Positions 9,288-18,869 of a stretch of DNA of 64,000 bases are shown here, in pieces. The stretch lies in the IMG/VR virus record IMGVR_UViG_3300022745_000018, positions 32,001 through 96,000 of that record; one strand, given 5' to 3'. The DNA comes from a virus. The notes beneath the pieces were generated by a model. The model saw only the letters and a list, made by a program, of their open reading frames with translations. It did no database searches and was not told the origin of the DNA. Within the stretch, counting starts at the first letter, position 1, and each line of letters begins with the position of its first letter. A program made the translations under genes and the position numbers.

Positions 9288-11843
9288 TTATGCGAAAATG
9301 CTGATATCGTTTTCCTCTTCAACGGACCACTTTACAGCCTCCATGATTTTAGTTAGCGGATCTAGGAATACTTTCCTGAACTGCAGCTTGTAATCCACGT
9401 ATTCGTCCAATTTGAACTCAGGTGGTAACTTGTCCATAAAAGCAATCACATTCTCTCCCATTCTCATCGTGTTTGGGACAGTCAAATAAAGGAATCTGAT
9501 CTTATCACCTTCATTGATTTTCTGATACTTGCTAACCAGTTGAAATTTATCAATCAGATGGTTATGTAATAGGCTTGCTCTAACCGCGATAGGGCATGCA
9601 ACATCTTTCCTGTAGATCGTTGACTTGCTTGAATATTCTCTAAGGTTGTTCGCGGATCTTGGGAATGCAATTTCATGTGGTTCAAGAGCCATGAATGTAA
9701 CTTCATATTTCTGAATCATTTCACGAACATGTTCAACAGGTTTACCGTCAAGAATAGCGACGATGCATTCCATCAACCATCCGCGGACGACGTCTGGTGT
9801 TGAACTGCGATTCGTCTCAATACCAGTGACTTTGTATTCAGGTTCGGCATAACGAACACCTTCATTATCAATCACCTTAAGAGAATACTTCTTCGGAGCC
9901 ATCCAGAAACCAGAACTTGAGATCGCCTCACGTTTGAACTGCAAGTCATTTGAATAGAAACTCAATTGTTTAGAAATCTTATCCGTGGTCTCTTGTAGAA
10001 CAGGATCGAGCTTGATCTTCACATACTTATCAATTGCGTCGGCAATTTTCTGCGGAGAAGATGCTGGTAATTTCTTCACAAGATCGTCAACCAACAAATA
10101 AGTTGAATCTGTATCGGCATAGATAGAATACAACTTGTTCGGATTGAAGTTCTCTTTCATATACTCATCCAAACGGCGGTTCACGCTACGCACAGCGAAT
10201 CGACCAGTCATCGTGATACCTTCAGCGATACGGTTATCAAAGAACATGAAGAACTTATTACCCGCTGCACCGAACAAGCTGTTTAGAGTAACCTTCAGGG
10301 CCAATTGAAGAACCCCTTGGAACGATGCTTCTTTGTCGCATGCATCAATTTCTTTGCGGAGCTGATCCAATGAAAGTGCTGCGTAGTCCTTAGATGGTTC
10401 CGATCCGCTTTGACGTTTCGTCAATTCTTCCTTTAGAACTTCTTTCCTAGTCTTTGCGGAGAGCATCTTCTTCTTGGCCGCTGATCGTTGCTTGAAAGTC
10501 TGATCGGTTAGCTTCGCCATGATGCCGATCTTCTCTTTGGAAAAGATAGCACCGTTAGCAGCCATCGCATACTTTCCATTGGCATACTTTTCTGGAATCC
10601 GCACGCCTTTTAGACAAACTTCGTCATCAATTCCTTCAATGTAATCAATAAGAGTTTCGGGACTCATATTGAGTGAAGTGATGATCTTAGGATATAGGGA
10701 CGTTGCATCAAAAGCAACGCTGTATCCGTAGATGTTTGGTATCGGATCTGCTACATATCCACCGACGATGTTACGGTCAACCTGTGGTTCTTTTGTAATC
10801 GGACAGAAGATATTCTCGTTTAGCAAAGAATGCTTGATGTAATTCTCCCATAACTTAATCGGAGAATAGACGTCATCGTAATTAACCTTGGTCTTATATG
10901 CAAGAGTGATTGCTAAGTAAATCAGACCTAGCTTATCTTCCAATCGTTCAACAAGAACTGCATCATGCTGGTTGTATTCAACAAACGATTCCCAGTCATT
11001 TGTGTAATGCTCTCTGAATGTACCATCGTATTCCTTCTTGGTATCATCAATCTCAACTTGAGCGATGTATCCAAGTTTGTACCTAGGACGATTCATGAAA
11101 CGATACTTCTTATAGAGATCCAGCATATCAAGCTGGATGCGGCCGACGATGTCATACCGTACCTGTTCTCTACCCATCAAGTTGTCTACTTTGCGGTAAA
11201 CACGACCAAACGGGCTCAGTCTTGATAAAGCACTACTGCTTAGAATCTTTTCAATTCTACCAAAGAGATATGCACCGTCGAAGTAAACAGAATTCCATCC
11301 ACTGATGATGTCTACATCGTTATCGATGATATAAGCAATGACCGACTGCAGAAGAGCCGCTTCACTTGCGCAATGAACATAGTTCGGTCGTTTGCTTGGG
11401 TGGATGCCATACGTGACTTTTTCTTTGGTATTGAAATCAATGAATGTCACTAATTGAACGACTTCATTCGGATCCTCAATGTTTGGGAATCCTGATTCCG
11501 TTTCGGTTTCGATATCGATGATGGCGATGCGCAGCTTCGAGATGTCAACCTCGAGCTCTTCAGGGTGCATCCTGTGAATGCAATCATATTCATATGCAGT
11601 ATTGCCATGAATGTTGAATGCTTTACCGTAATCAGAAGCAAAAGTCTTTGCCTCAGTGATTGAATTGAATCTCTTTTCTGCTACGGGATATCCGAACAAC
11701 GAATTTGATTTACCAGAATCGTCTTTGACGTAAAGGTAAGGTTTGTGTTGGATTGTTTGAGTGATGCGACGACCATCTTTATCATAGCCGCGGTATAGAA
11801 CATTGTTACCTGCTCTACTGAAGTAGGTATAGAACATAGACAA
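9288..11843 (-). CDS. gp43: Family B DNA polymerase (gp43)
   Basis: Exo DIET, N..YFD, YNQHD; pol DATSLYP, KVTLNSLFG, YADTDS, KKY. Confidence 0.97.
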   Translation of the reverse strand: MSMFYTYFSRAGNNVLYRGYDKDGRRITQTIQHKPYLYVKDDSGKSNSLFGYPVAEKRFNSITEAKTFASDYGKAFNIHGNTAYEYDCIHRMHPEELEVDISKLRIAIIDIETETESGFPNIEDPNEVVQLVTFIDFNTKEKVTYGIHPSKRPNYVHCASEAALLQSVIAYIIDNDVDIISGWNSVYFDGAYLFGRIEKILSSSALSRLSPFGRVYRKVDNLMGREQVRYDIVGRIQLDMLDLYKKYRFMNRPRYKLGYIAQVEIDDTKKEYDGTFREHYTNDWESFVEYNQHDAVLVERLEDKLGLIYLAITLAYKTKVNYDDVYSPIKLWENYIKHSLLNENIFCPITKEPQVDRNIVGGYVADPIPNIYGYSVAFDATSLYPKIITSLNMSPETLIDYIEGIDDEVCLKGVRIPEKYANGKYAMAANGAIFSKEKIGIMAKLTDQTFKQRSAAKKKMLSAKTRKEVLKEELTKRQSGSEPSKDYAALSLDQLRKEIDACDKEASFQGVLQLALKVTLNSLFGAAGNKFFMFFDNRIAEGITMTGRFAVRSVNRRLDEYMKENFNPNKLYSIYADTDSTYLLVDDLVKKLPASSPQKIADAIDKYVKIKLDPVLQETTDKISKQLSFYSNDLQFKREAISSSGFWMAPKKYSLKVIDNEGVRYAEPEYKVTGIETNRSSTPDVVRGWLMECIVAILDGKPVEHVREMIQKYEVTFMALEPHEIAFPRSANNLREYSSKSTIYRKDVACPIAVRASLLHNHLIDKFQLVSKYQKINEGDKIRFLYLTVPNTMRMGENVIAFMDKLPPEFKLDEYVDYKLQFRKVFLDPLTKIMEAVKWSVEEENDISIFA

Positions 11844-11849
11844 GTCGGT

Positions 11850-11903
11850 CCTTTCATGGGTTTGTCATTAGATAATTCTAACCCATGAAAGGTGAACTGT
11901 AAA
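11850..11903 (-). promoter_or_regulatory. Promoter TTTACA-N17-TAGAAT plus 13-bp hairpin covering the gp43 Shine-Dalgarno
   Basis: -35 at 11898-11903, -10 at 11875-11880; perfect IR 11850-11862 / 11880-11892. Confidence 0.7.
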
Positions 11904-11906
11904 ATT

Positions 11907-12140
11907 TTAGTTCTTCACGAAAACCGGAAATACACCGCAACTCAATGATTCTGTGTACCTGATGCGGCGATCGGACAGAATCTCATCGACATACTCATCA
12001 TCGCCGAAATACAGAACGCTACAGAGCTGGAATGCCTCTACACGATCATCTGCAATTTCGGCCAACATGTAATACAGTCTAGACCGTGGCTTCGTTAGGG
12101 AGGCGATCTGCTTCTGGAACAAATTGACGAATTTAGTCAT
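11907..12140 (-). CDS. Hypothetical protein
   Basis: ORF overlapping dsbA stop; start taken at ATG 12140. Confidence 0.45.
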   Translation of the reverse strand: MTKFVNLFQKQIASLTKPRSRLYYMLAEIADDRVEAFQLCSVLYFGDDEYVDEILSDRRIRYTESLSCGVFPVFVKN

Positions 12141-12438
12141 TGGAATCACCGCGGTTCTGACTCTCTTGGAACAGACGTTCGTAGAGTTCAAACACATTCT
12201 CTTTATCAGCAACTGCTTTTGAGAAATTCTGCTTGTGATAGAACTTCGCGATCTGTGTCAAGTAACCTTTAGGGATCTCAGTGTTCTTTGATAGATCTGA
12301 GAACAATTCCTTTAGGAAATCACGTTCACCTTCAATCCTCGTGTACGAAGCAGACGCTTCACGTAGTGCGTCTTTGATTTTCTTTTGGATTTCTGGAGAA
12401 GAAGGGATGACCACACCAGCTTCTTGATTCTTACTCAT
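12133..12438 (-). CDS. dsbA: dsDNA-binding protein (T4 DsbA-like)
   Basis: EAS..TRIE..., YHKQNF...ELYE.LF pattern resembling T4 DsbA. Confidence 0.7.
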   Translation of the reverse strand: MSKNQEAGVVIPSSPEIQKKIKDALREASASYTRIEGERDFLKELFSDLSKNTEIPKGYLTQIAKFYHKQNFSKAVADKENVFELYERLFQESQNRGDSND

Positions 12439-12458
12439 AATGACCTTTCAAATTGAAG

Positions 12459-12680
12459 TCAAGCCGACTTCAACAAATTGATAAAAGATGCCGCCTTTTC
12501 AGGTTCGACAAAGTACTTCATTCTAAATGCACCCTCAACAACATCTTGCACAGCAACCAGGATTGACGTGTCTTGACCGACTTTGATAGCCGAGCACTTC
12601 ACGAGAAACCTGTTTGCAACAATTTCAGTTGGTCTGGACACAATTTCGTTGGGGTGATTCATGTTTGAATTTATCTTCAC
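12459..12680 (-). CDS. Hypothetical protein
   Basis: 73-aa ORF in operon. Confidence 0.5.
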   Translation of the reverse strand: MKINSNMNHPNEIVSRPTEIVANRFLVKCSAIKVGQDTSILVAVQDVVEGAFRMKYFVEPEKAASFINLLKSA

Positions 12681-12698
12681 GGATCACCCCTTCTATCA

Positions 12699-13094
12699 TC
12701 ACTCGATACTGAATGTCACTGGTTTAGCCGCATCTGGCAAAACACGTGTCATTACAATCTTCAGGATACCGTCTTCAAGAGAGACCTTATCCACAACGAT
12801 ATCATCGTTCAGAAGATACGAAAGAGTGAAGTCGCGACTTGCAAGTCCGCGATGGAAGAACTCGAACGGTTTATCGTCTGTACTCAATTTCTTACCAGAT
12901 ACTTTCAGTTTCCCGTCTTCACGTTTAACTTCAATTTCCGATTTCTTGAAACCCGCAACAGCGATTTCCGCCACATACTTCAAACTCGATTCTCTATACA
13001 GATTGTTGGGAGGGTAAGATACAAATTTCTTGAAATTACCGATCTCATCAAATAGAGAATCGAAGCCGATTAAAGATAGTGCGTTCCTGTTCAT
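12699..13094 (-). CDS. Small heat-shock protein Hsp20 (IbpA-like)
   Basis: IGFDSLF, YPPNN, EIAVAGF, HRGLASRDF, LEDGIL. Confidence 0.92.
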   Translation of the reverse strand: MNRNALSLIGFDSLFDEIGNFKKFVSYPPNNLYRESSLKYVAEIAVAGFKKSEIEVKREDGKLKVSGKKLSTDDKPFEFFHRGLASRDFTLSYLLNDDIVVDKVSLEDGILKIVMTRVLPDAAKPVTFSIE

Positions 13095-13150
13095 TTTAAC
13101 TCCTTATAGCAAGTTGAATTTACATGGAGACCCGAATGGCATCTCCACGA
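13095..13150 (-). promoter_or_regulatory. ROSE-like RNA thermometer in hsp20 leader
   Basis: mRNA AACUUGCU-AUA-AGGAGUU: UUGCU pairs with SD leaving a bulged G; preceded by GGAGA..UCUCC hairpin. Confidence 0.65.
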
Positions 13151-13173
13151 TTTGAGGAACTCCCTCAAATTAC

Positions 13174-13608
13174 TTAAGCCTTGTTCCGTTTACCGATCTG
13201 ATACTTCGGAACAAAAAGCCAATCTCGTTTTTCCTTGAACGGAACAACTTTGATGTCCTGAGCATTGGCAGACATATTGATGTTCTGTCCAACGATCTTA
13301 CATAGTTTCCACTGGTGAAGCAGTTTGACGATGGTATCACGTCTCAAGTAGTCCTCATCAGAAATCGTACTGATCTTCCCGTCCAACATAAACAACTCAA
13401 GAAAATGTACGATTCTGTACGTACCCTTCTTGTGTAGAATGTGGCATGACTGGAATAAAGTGTTCGTCTTCTTGGACTTGATACCAATTCGTGTCAACGT
13501 CTCAACAATAACCAGAAAATCATCTGGTTTCGCCAATTCAATTAACACACCTACATCATCATACTTTTGTTTTTCTAATTCGTCCGTCACGACCGCCTCG
13601 CGATTCAT
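13174..13608 (-). CDS. regA: Translational repressor RegA
   Basis: DDFL.IVETLTRIGI, LFQSCHILHKKG.Y.IVHF.ELF.LDG, PKYQIG. Confidence 0.95.
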   Translation of the reverse strand: MNREAVVTDELEKQKYDDVGVLIELAKPDDFLVIVETLTRIGIKSKKTNTLFQSCHILHKKGTYRIVHFLELFMLDGKISTISDEDYLRRDTIVKLLHQWKLCKIVGQNINMSANAQDIKVVPFKEKRDWLFVPKYQIGKRNKA

Positions 13609-13972
13609 AAAGTTCTTTTACTTTGTCGTGACCAAGAAGATTCATAACAGACATAGCCCTAGACATTGAACAATTCATTTCCGTAGCAACAAATTCAATC
13701 AACTCTTCATCCACATCAGTTTCGGATTTTTTTGTCCACAACTGCTCATATCGGTTGGATTTAGGAATGCCGTATAGATAGAAATCATACTGCAGTTTCT
13801 TATCCAATCCGGGATATTTATTGATCGCTTCTGCGAAGATACAAAAGTTTGCACTATTGGACAACGAACGGTTCACAATGAACGGTACATATTCCTTCTG
13901 AAACATCTCCTCCGTGGAATACAAATTCTCTTTAGTACGAGTGACGGACTTCACATAGTCAAACGGACTCAT
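13559..13972 (-). CDS. gp62: Clamp loader small subunit (gp62)
   Basis: SPFDYV, YVPFIVNRSLS, LQYDFY; between gp44 and regA. Confidence 0.85.
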   Translation of the reverse strand: MSPFDYVKSVTRTKENLYSTEEMFQKEYVPFIVNRSLSNSANFCIFAEAINKYPGLDKKLQYDFYLYGIPKSNRYEQLWTKKSETDVDEELIEFVATEMNCSMSRAMSVMNLLGHDKVKELYESRGGRDGRIRKTKV

Positions 13973-14925
13973 GCATCACCTGCAAATTGGCATGACTTCA
14001 TCACCTCAACAATGAAAGCAACTTGATTGATTTCTTGATCGATGTCCATCGCTGCTCTAAATTGATATTCAGCAATCAACAGAATCAATTGAGGTACATG
14101 TTGGGTCAGCAGTTTCTTAGAAACTTTGTCATAGAACATCCGATAGAAAGCAGACGAATCCATCTGATTGTTAGCCACCCAAGTACGAGCTTTGCTGAAT
14201 TCTTTGTTCTTAATGAAGTCAGACAATTCGTTGATACCACCCTCATCGATTGTAGCAAGGATGCCAGAATCAATCGTGCCTGAGGAAGAGTAGCGTTGGA
14301 GTTCAACGACTGTGCGGCGGAAGTCAGGAAAATTCTTTGCAACAAGACCAGCAACAGCTTTACGGTCATACTTGACATTCTCAGAATCAAGAATGTAGCA
14401 ACAACGAGCCAACATCTGCTTGGCTGCATCTGCAGCCTCAGCTTTAGTGAACTTGAAATTGACTTCCGTCAATCTGGACAAAAGCGGATCAACCAAACGG
14501 TTCTTGTAATTGCAAGTCAGAATGAAGATCGCTGAACCAGAAAATCCATCCAAGAATCCACGCAGAGCAGGTTGAGCCTTATCTGACAAGTAATCACATT
14601 CATCCAATAGAACAACTTTTGGGCTATCGGTCAGACTCGCTGATGTAACGAACTGTGTGATCTTGGTTCGAATCGTGTCAATGTTGCCTTCAAGTGAAGC
14701 ATTGACGAACAAAATGTCAGCATCAAGTTCTTTAGAGATTGCATATGCCAATGTGGTCTTACCGATACCAGCAGTACCAGAAAATAGCATAGGCTGAATG
14801 TCGCCCGCAGCGACGATCTCTTTGATCATCTTCTTTGTTTCTGGTGGCAAAATTGTATCATCAATTTTTCTCGGACGATACTTATGTTCCCAGACAGCAC
14901 TATCAAATACACTACTCATCATCAA
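13969..14925 (-). CDS. gp44: Clamp loader large subunit (gp44)
   Basis: WEHKYRP, GTAGIGKTT, LDECD, QPALRG, LSRL, FPDFRR. Confidence 0.95.
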   Translation of the reverse strand: MMMSSVFDSAVWEHKYRPRKIDDTILPPETKKMIKEIVAAGDIQPMLFSGTAGIGKTTLAYAISKELDADILFVNASLEGNIDTIRTKITQFVTSASLTDSPKVVLLDECDYLSDKAQPALRGFLDGFSGSAIFILTCNYKNRLVDPLLSRLTEVNFKFTKAEAADAAKQMLARCCYILDSENVKYDRKAVAGLVAKNFPDFRRTVVELQRYSSSGTIDSGILATIDEGGINELSDFIKNKEFSKARTWVANNQMDSSAFYRMFYDKVSKKLLTQHVPQLILLIAEYQFRAAMDIDQEINQVAFIVEVMKSCQFAGDA

Positions 14926-14937
14926 TCCTCATAATCA

Positions 14938-14966
14938 AAAAGAAAGGTGGAGCATTTGCTCCACCT
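14938..14966 (-). terminator. Intrinsic terminator after gp45
   Basis: AGGTGGAGC-N4-GCTCCACCT followed by TTCTTTT on minus strand. Confidence 0.7.
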
Positions 14967-14972
14967 GCATCA

Positions 14973-15644
14973 TCATTCTTCCCAGACAGTTGGCTTCTTC
15001 TCGCAACCAATGTAGATATCATAATCTACGGTCTTTGATTTGAAGTGTGCCAATTTGCGCTCAGACAGAGACACGTCGTAGATACCAGCTGGCATTTTCA
15101 AGTTTTCGAGTTTGATGTAAACAGCGAACTTGCGTGGAGACGAACCGACCTCAACGGAATACGTATTGCTTGAAGGATTCTGAGGATCAACGACAGAAGC
15201 GGTGATTGTATTACCATCAGAAGAAAGCAGCAGATCGGTGGATCCCAGAACTGCACCAGCCTTCAGGAGAGCTTTAAGAACCTCTTCAGACAATTCAAAC
15301 GAAGCATCTTTTGAAGGCATCTTGACATTCGATTCGGGATAGTCCAGAATCTCTTTATTTGCACAGACATAACGCAGGACATTCTTACCTTCACTGATAG
15401 TGATCACGTTGTGCGAGATGGAGATATCTGGGTCAGTGAATAGGGACACCACACCCAAGAATTCTGACAGATTGTAGATACCAAATTCAGTATCAAATTC
15501 GTCAGAAGAAGGTACCTCAGCGGTCGCGAAAATATTTTTTGCGACCGTGCGAGTACTCAATTTCGTACCAGGTTGAATCAGAATGTTTTGGTTGATGGTG
15601 GCAAAGTTGCGTAACACATCGAGAGTTTGTTTAGACAGTTTCAT
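14973..15644 (-). CDS. gp45: Sliding clamp (gp45)
   Basis: MKLSKQTLDVLRNFATINQNI, FGIYNLSEFL, ENLKM. Confidence 0.95.
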   Translation of the reverse strand: MKLSKQTLDVLRNFATINQNILIQPGTKLSTRTVAKNIFATAEVPSSDEFDTEFGIYNLSEFLGVVSLFTDPDISISHNVITISEGKNVLRYVCANKEILDYPESNVKMPSKDASFELSEEVLKALLKAGAVLGSTDLLLSSDGNTITASVVDPQNPSSNTYSVEVGSSPRKFAVYIKLENLKMPAGIYDVSLSERKLAHFKSKTVDYDIYIGCEKKPTVWEE

Positions 15645-15681
15645 TACGAAGTTTCCTTTCAATTTAGCTAAACCAATTTAG

Positions 15682-15709
15682 ATTGTAAACGGTTTAACCG
15701 GAATGTAAA
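15682..15709 (-). promoter_or_regulatory. Promoter TTTACA-N16-TACAAT
   Basis: Direct match upstream of gp45. Confidence 0.6.
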
Positions 15710-15710
15710 A

Positions 15711-16121
15711 TTATTTTAGCTTAGCGAACAAGCCGATGTTATCTGCATGCGATGGAGCAGTCCATCCTTCTGGTTTGATCATATCAGGTAGACCCAAAGG
15801 ATTTGGCCTCGATGGTTTGATGCCAGGTTCTTTCTGCATGTTAGCAGTATGCACACGATCCCAAGCCAAATTAGGATTGACGTCAAATGCATTCATCGTA
15901 CCCAGAGACACCACATTGAGATCGGTTAGACCATCAACAACGCCATCAAAGTCACCCTCATTCCATGCATCCTCAATTTCTTGCATTTCTTCCTTCAGGA
16001 ATTTGAGACGAAATTCGAAGAATGTTCGTAGGGTTTCTTTATCGAAATCTTTGACTCGTTTGTTCACACCAAATTTGGTATGAAGATTCTCGATGTCATT
16101 GACCATATCACTATTACTCAT
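15711..16121 (-). CDS. All-alpha NTP pyrophosphohydrolase (MazG/PRA-PH-like; candidate dCTPase)
   Basis: EE..E, DGLTD, VH.ANM.K, KPEGW motifs. Confidence 0.75.
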   Translation of the reverse strand: MSNSDMVNDIENLHTKFGVNKRVKDFDKETLRTFFEFRLKFLKEEMQEIEDAWNEGDFDGVVDGLTDLNVVSLGTMNAFDVNPNLAWDRVHTANMQKEPGIKPSRPNPLGLPDMIKPEGWTAPSHADNIGLFAKLK

Positions 16122-16307
16122 TCACTTTCCTTCTTTAAAATAATCACTCATCAACTCAAACACATCACCAAACCTACAATCAAAACAACGCTGTGGTTTT
16201 GATTGTTCGGTCCATGATTTGTATAACCAAGCCGGGACATCAATGGTGACCGAATAGACACTACCATCATCGTTGGCCCTAACATTCTTTACACCAATGC
16301 CATTCAT
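16122..16307 (-). CDS. Hypothetical protein
   Basis: 61-aa ORF with AGGA SD, downstream of promoter. Confidence 0.45.
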   Translation of the reverse strand: MNGIGVKNVRANDDGSVYSVTIDVPAWLYKSWTEQSKPQRCFDCRFGDVFELMSDYFKEGK

Positions 16308-16330
16308 AACAATTCCTTCACTTATAGTAA

Positions 16331-16359
16331 ATCATATCATCACGGAGGAGATATGTAAA
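16331..16359 (-). promoter_or_regulatory. Promoter TTTACA-N17-TATGAT
   Basis: Direct match. Confidence 0.65.
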
Positions 16360-16363
16360 ATTT

Positions 16364-17608
16364 TCAAGCGATCTCGAAAATGTCATGTGCTTCGATTTTA
16401 GGCGAAGCTTTAACGAACTTCTGCGATTCGTTGTTCTGCCAGAAATCGCCGTGGCTAGAATCAACTAATTCACCATCAATGAACTTGATTGCTGCGTCGA
16501 TCATGTCTGCTGCGGTACAAACAGGTACGTTCTGACAGATCATATTGAAGTTCTTTACACCACCCAAGAGTTCGAAGTTCTTGGGCATAGCCATGATGTG
16601 CATAGCTTCTCGGATAGATAGACCGCGATCTTCGAATGGGTGAATTGTATCGCAGACATTTCTACCGACGAGAGCATTCATATGACCATCGAAAACGTGA
16701 ATGCTACCGTCCCAGATTCCTTTGTTCATGCCAAATTTCTTGATAGCGTGTGTCATGAATTTGACACCTTTCTCGTCGCTAACTTCTTCAAACCACTTTA
16801 GTGCAGTTGGCATCAATTCATGCATATGAATGTATTGAAATGCAGTACGCACATTTGCCTCAATGATCGCTTGGCGCCAGTCTGCAATACCCAAAGATTC
16901 GTTAATGAATCTTTTGCATGGTTCATTGATGATTGTTTGATTAACAATCAGATCCTGTTGAAGATCTGTAGGGGAGATCTCTTTCAAGTAATCTGTGAAA
17001 TGTAAATGGTCACGATTGTACCAAGGCAAGATTGGTGCGGTCGGATTCTTCCATGCAAAATAGAATGTACGATGCCGTGCCTGTGGGACACCATGATGAT
17101 TTGTTGATGTCTTGTAGAACGAAGAAGAGTACCCATACTCTTTAGCCGCTGCAATCAATCTAGCAGCGACACCTGCGCCTTTGTTCGTTGCAAGAGCTGG
17201 GGCATTCTCCATGATGAACACTTGACATTTGATTTTACCCAGGGCCTCTCTCAATGAATAGTCCATCCATCTAGTAGATGCAGCCATGGCACCGACAGAA
17301 GCAGATTCTTTCCCAGCTGTATTCAAACCACACAGCGCCGAACATGGCGGTGTTGCTACAACAATATCGGCATATTCGATTGGAGGACCTGAAACGACTT
17401 CACCAGATTCGTCCAGTTTCGTGTACTCAATACCATATGAATTTGTTACATTGGCCCAATTGAGATACTGTTCGTCATTCTTAAAACCATAACCAATGAT
17501 CTGCTTCGGAGGAGTCCCAATTCTACGCTCCGCACCCAAAGGGAATCCGCCGATCAAAGGGATAAGGGCCGTCCATGTTTTTGTTTTACTCATCATTAAC
17601 CTATTCAA
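16364..17608 (-). CDS. C5-cytosine methyltransferase-fold protein with atypical motif I
   Basis: PPC (IV), ENAP (VI), PQARHR (VIII), R.LSIREA (IX), QNVP (X); motif I reads IPLIGGF rather than FxGxG. Confidence 0.8.
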   Translation of the reverse strand: MNRLMMSKTKTWTALIPLIGGFPLGAERRIGTPPKQIIGYGFKNDEQYLNWANVTNSYGIEYTKLDESGEVVSGPPIEYADIVVATPPCSALCGLNTAGKESASVGAMAASTRWMDYSLREALGKIKCQVFIMENAPALATNKGAGVAARLIAAAKEYGYSSSFYKTSTNHHGVPQARHRTFYFAWKNPTAPILPWYNRDHLHFTDYLKEISPTDLQQDLIVNQTIINEPCKRFINESLGIADWRQAIIEANVRTAFQYIHMHELMPTALKWFEEVSDEKGVKFMTHAIKKFGMNKGIWDGSIHVFDGHMNALVGRNVCDTIHPFEDRGLSIREAMHIMAMPKNFELLGGVKNFNMICQNVPVCTAADMIDAAIKFIDGELVDSSHGDFWQNNESQKFVKASPKIEAHDIFEIA

Positions 17609-17627
17609 AGGAATTATTTATGGGCTA

Positions 17628-18869
17628 TTACTGAAAGAATTCGTCAATGGAATTAGACGATTCCTCGATAGAGTATTCTGATAGATCCGGTCTGATGTAA
17701 TTTTCGTCAAGAGCCTTCATGACAGTGTCATTGAGCGTTTCACCGGAATAGTCAGACGGTTTGCAGAAGATTTTCTGTAGGTGATCAATCATCCTAGAAT
17801 ATGAACCAGTTTCTTCAAGTTTTGTGATACCCTTGAAAAGATCTTCAGGCGTCTTTGGTAACAGGATGTCTGGGACAAGAGATCTGATCTCAGGGATATT
17901 TGTTGCATAGTTGGGATGGAAGAATGGAACAACACCTGCATGTATCATCTCAATGTACTTTGATGTAGCCCAGCCATTTGCGATTGAGATAATGAACGTG
18001 TACTTTACATTCAGCATCTTCTTCTGCACTTGTTCTAACTTCAATGCACCTTTGAATCTGGTATCAGCTTCGGCTTTAGGATGTTCCCATCTGCCATAGA
18101 TTTCAACATCATCGACCTTCTTCAGAATCCAATCATTCAGCATATCATATCTGCTAGGATCGCCTTCATTTAGAACGATAGCCATTTGCACACTTCTATC
18201 ACGAGATTTCTCTGGACCACCGCGACCATACAGGAAAACACGTTCAACACCAGAATAGGTCATGTTGATAGTATGACTATCACGAGTCTGATCTTCGTAT
18301 GATCGGATTGTCCGCTTCACATATGATCCATTGAACTGAGAGAGTGAACGAATTGGGTTAGGGATGATATCTCTTGACTGAGCCAATGTATAGCGAGGGT
18401 CATTGATGATTTCAATCGCTGGACATTTACTGTCGTTCCACCATTCAGAAATTGGTGTAGTATAACCCAATGTCATATCGATGATAGTCGTCATCTGACT
18501 CGGATCTTTGATCTGTTGGATTCTGTTGGGGATAGAGACGTTACCGACTTGGCCAACCATCCAGACACAATGGTCAATCTCTACGCTCAATTCAACCAAA
18601 CGATTCTTCACATAGTCGCGTTCAGATTTGATCTTTGACTTGGAATGGAGGTCAATGACATTATTGTAGGGAAATCTTGATAGACGTTCGTGTTCCGTCA
18701 TTTTGGAGAAATCAGAACGGCCAATCAGATAGAACTTCTTATCTGGGTTATGATTCGCCAAAAGTTGAATCATCGCTGGCCCTTCATTGTCACCACCGAT
18801 CGGACTGAACGGCGTAACAAACTTCAATGACTTACCAATCTTAGCAAAACCAATGTGCTTCATTATCAA
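17628..18869 (-). CDS. Putative GT-B DNA glycosyltransferase
   Basis: NDPR, IYGRW, TSKY.E.I.AG..PF pattern like phage beta-glucosyltransferases; in modification cluster. Confidence 0.6.
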   Translation of the reverse strand: MIMKHIGFAKIGKSLKFVTPFSPIGGDNEGPAMIQLLANHNPDKKFYLIGRSDFSKMTEHERLSRFPYNNVIDLHSKSKIKSERDYVKNRLVELSVEIDHCVWMVGQVGNVSIPNRIQQIKDPSQMTTIIDMTLGYTTPISEWWNDSKCPAIEIINDPRYTLAQSRDIIPNPIRSLSQFNGSYVKRTIRSYEDQTRDSHTINMTYSGVERVFLYGRGGPEKSRDRSVQMAIVLNEGDPSRYDMLNDWILKKVDDVEIYGRWEHPKAEADTRFKGALKLEQVQKKMLNVKYTFIISIANGWATSKYIEMIHAGVVPFFHPNYATNIPEIRSLVPDILLPKTPEDLFKGITKLEETGSYSRMIDHLQKIFCKPSDYSGETLNDTVMKALDENYIRPDLSEYSIEESSNSIDEFFQ

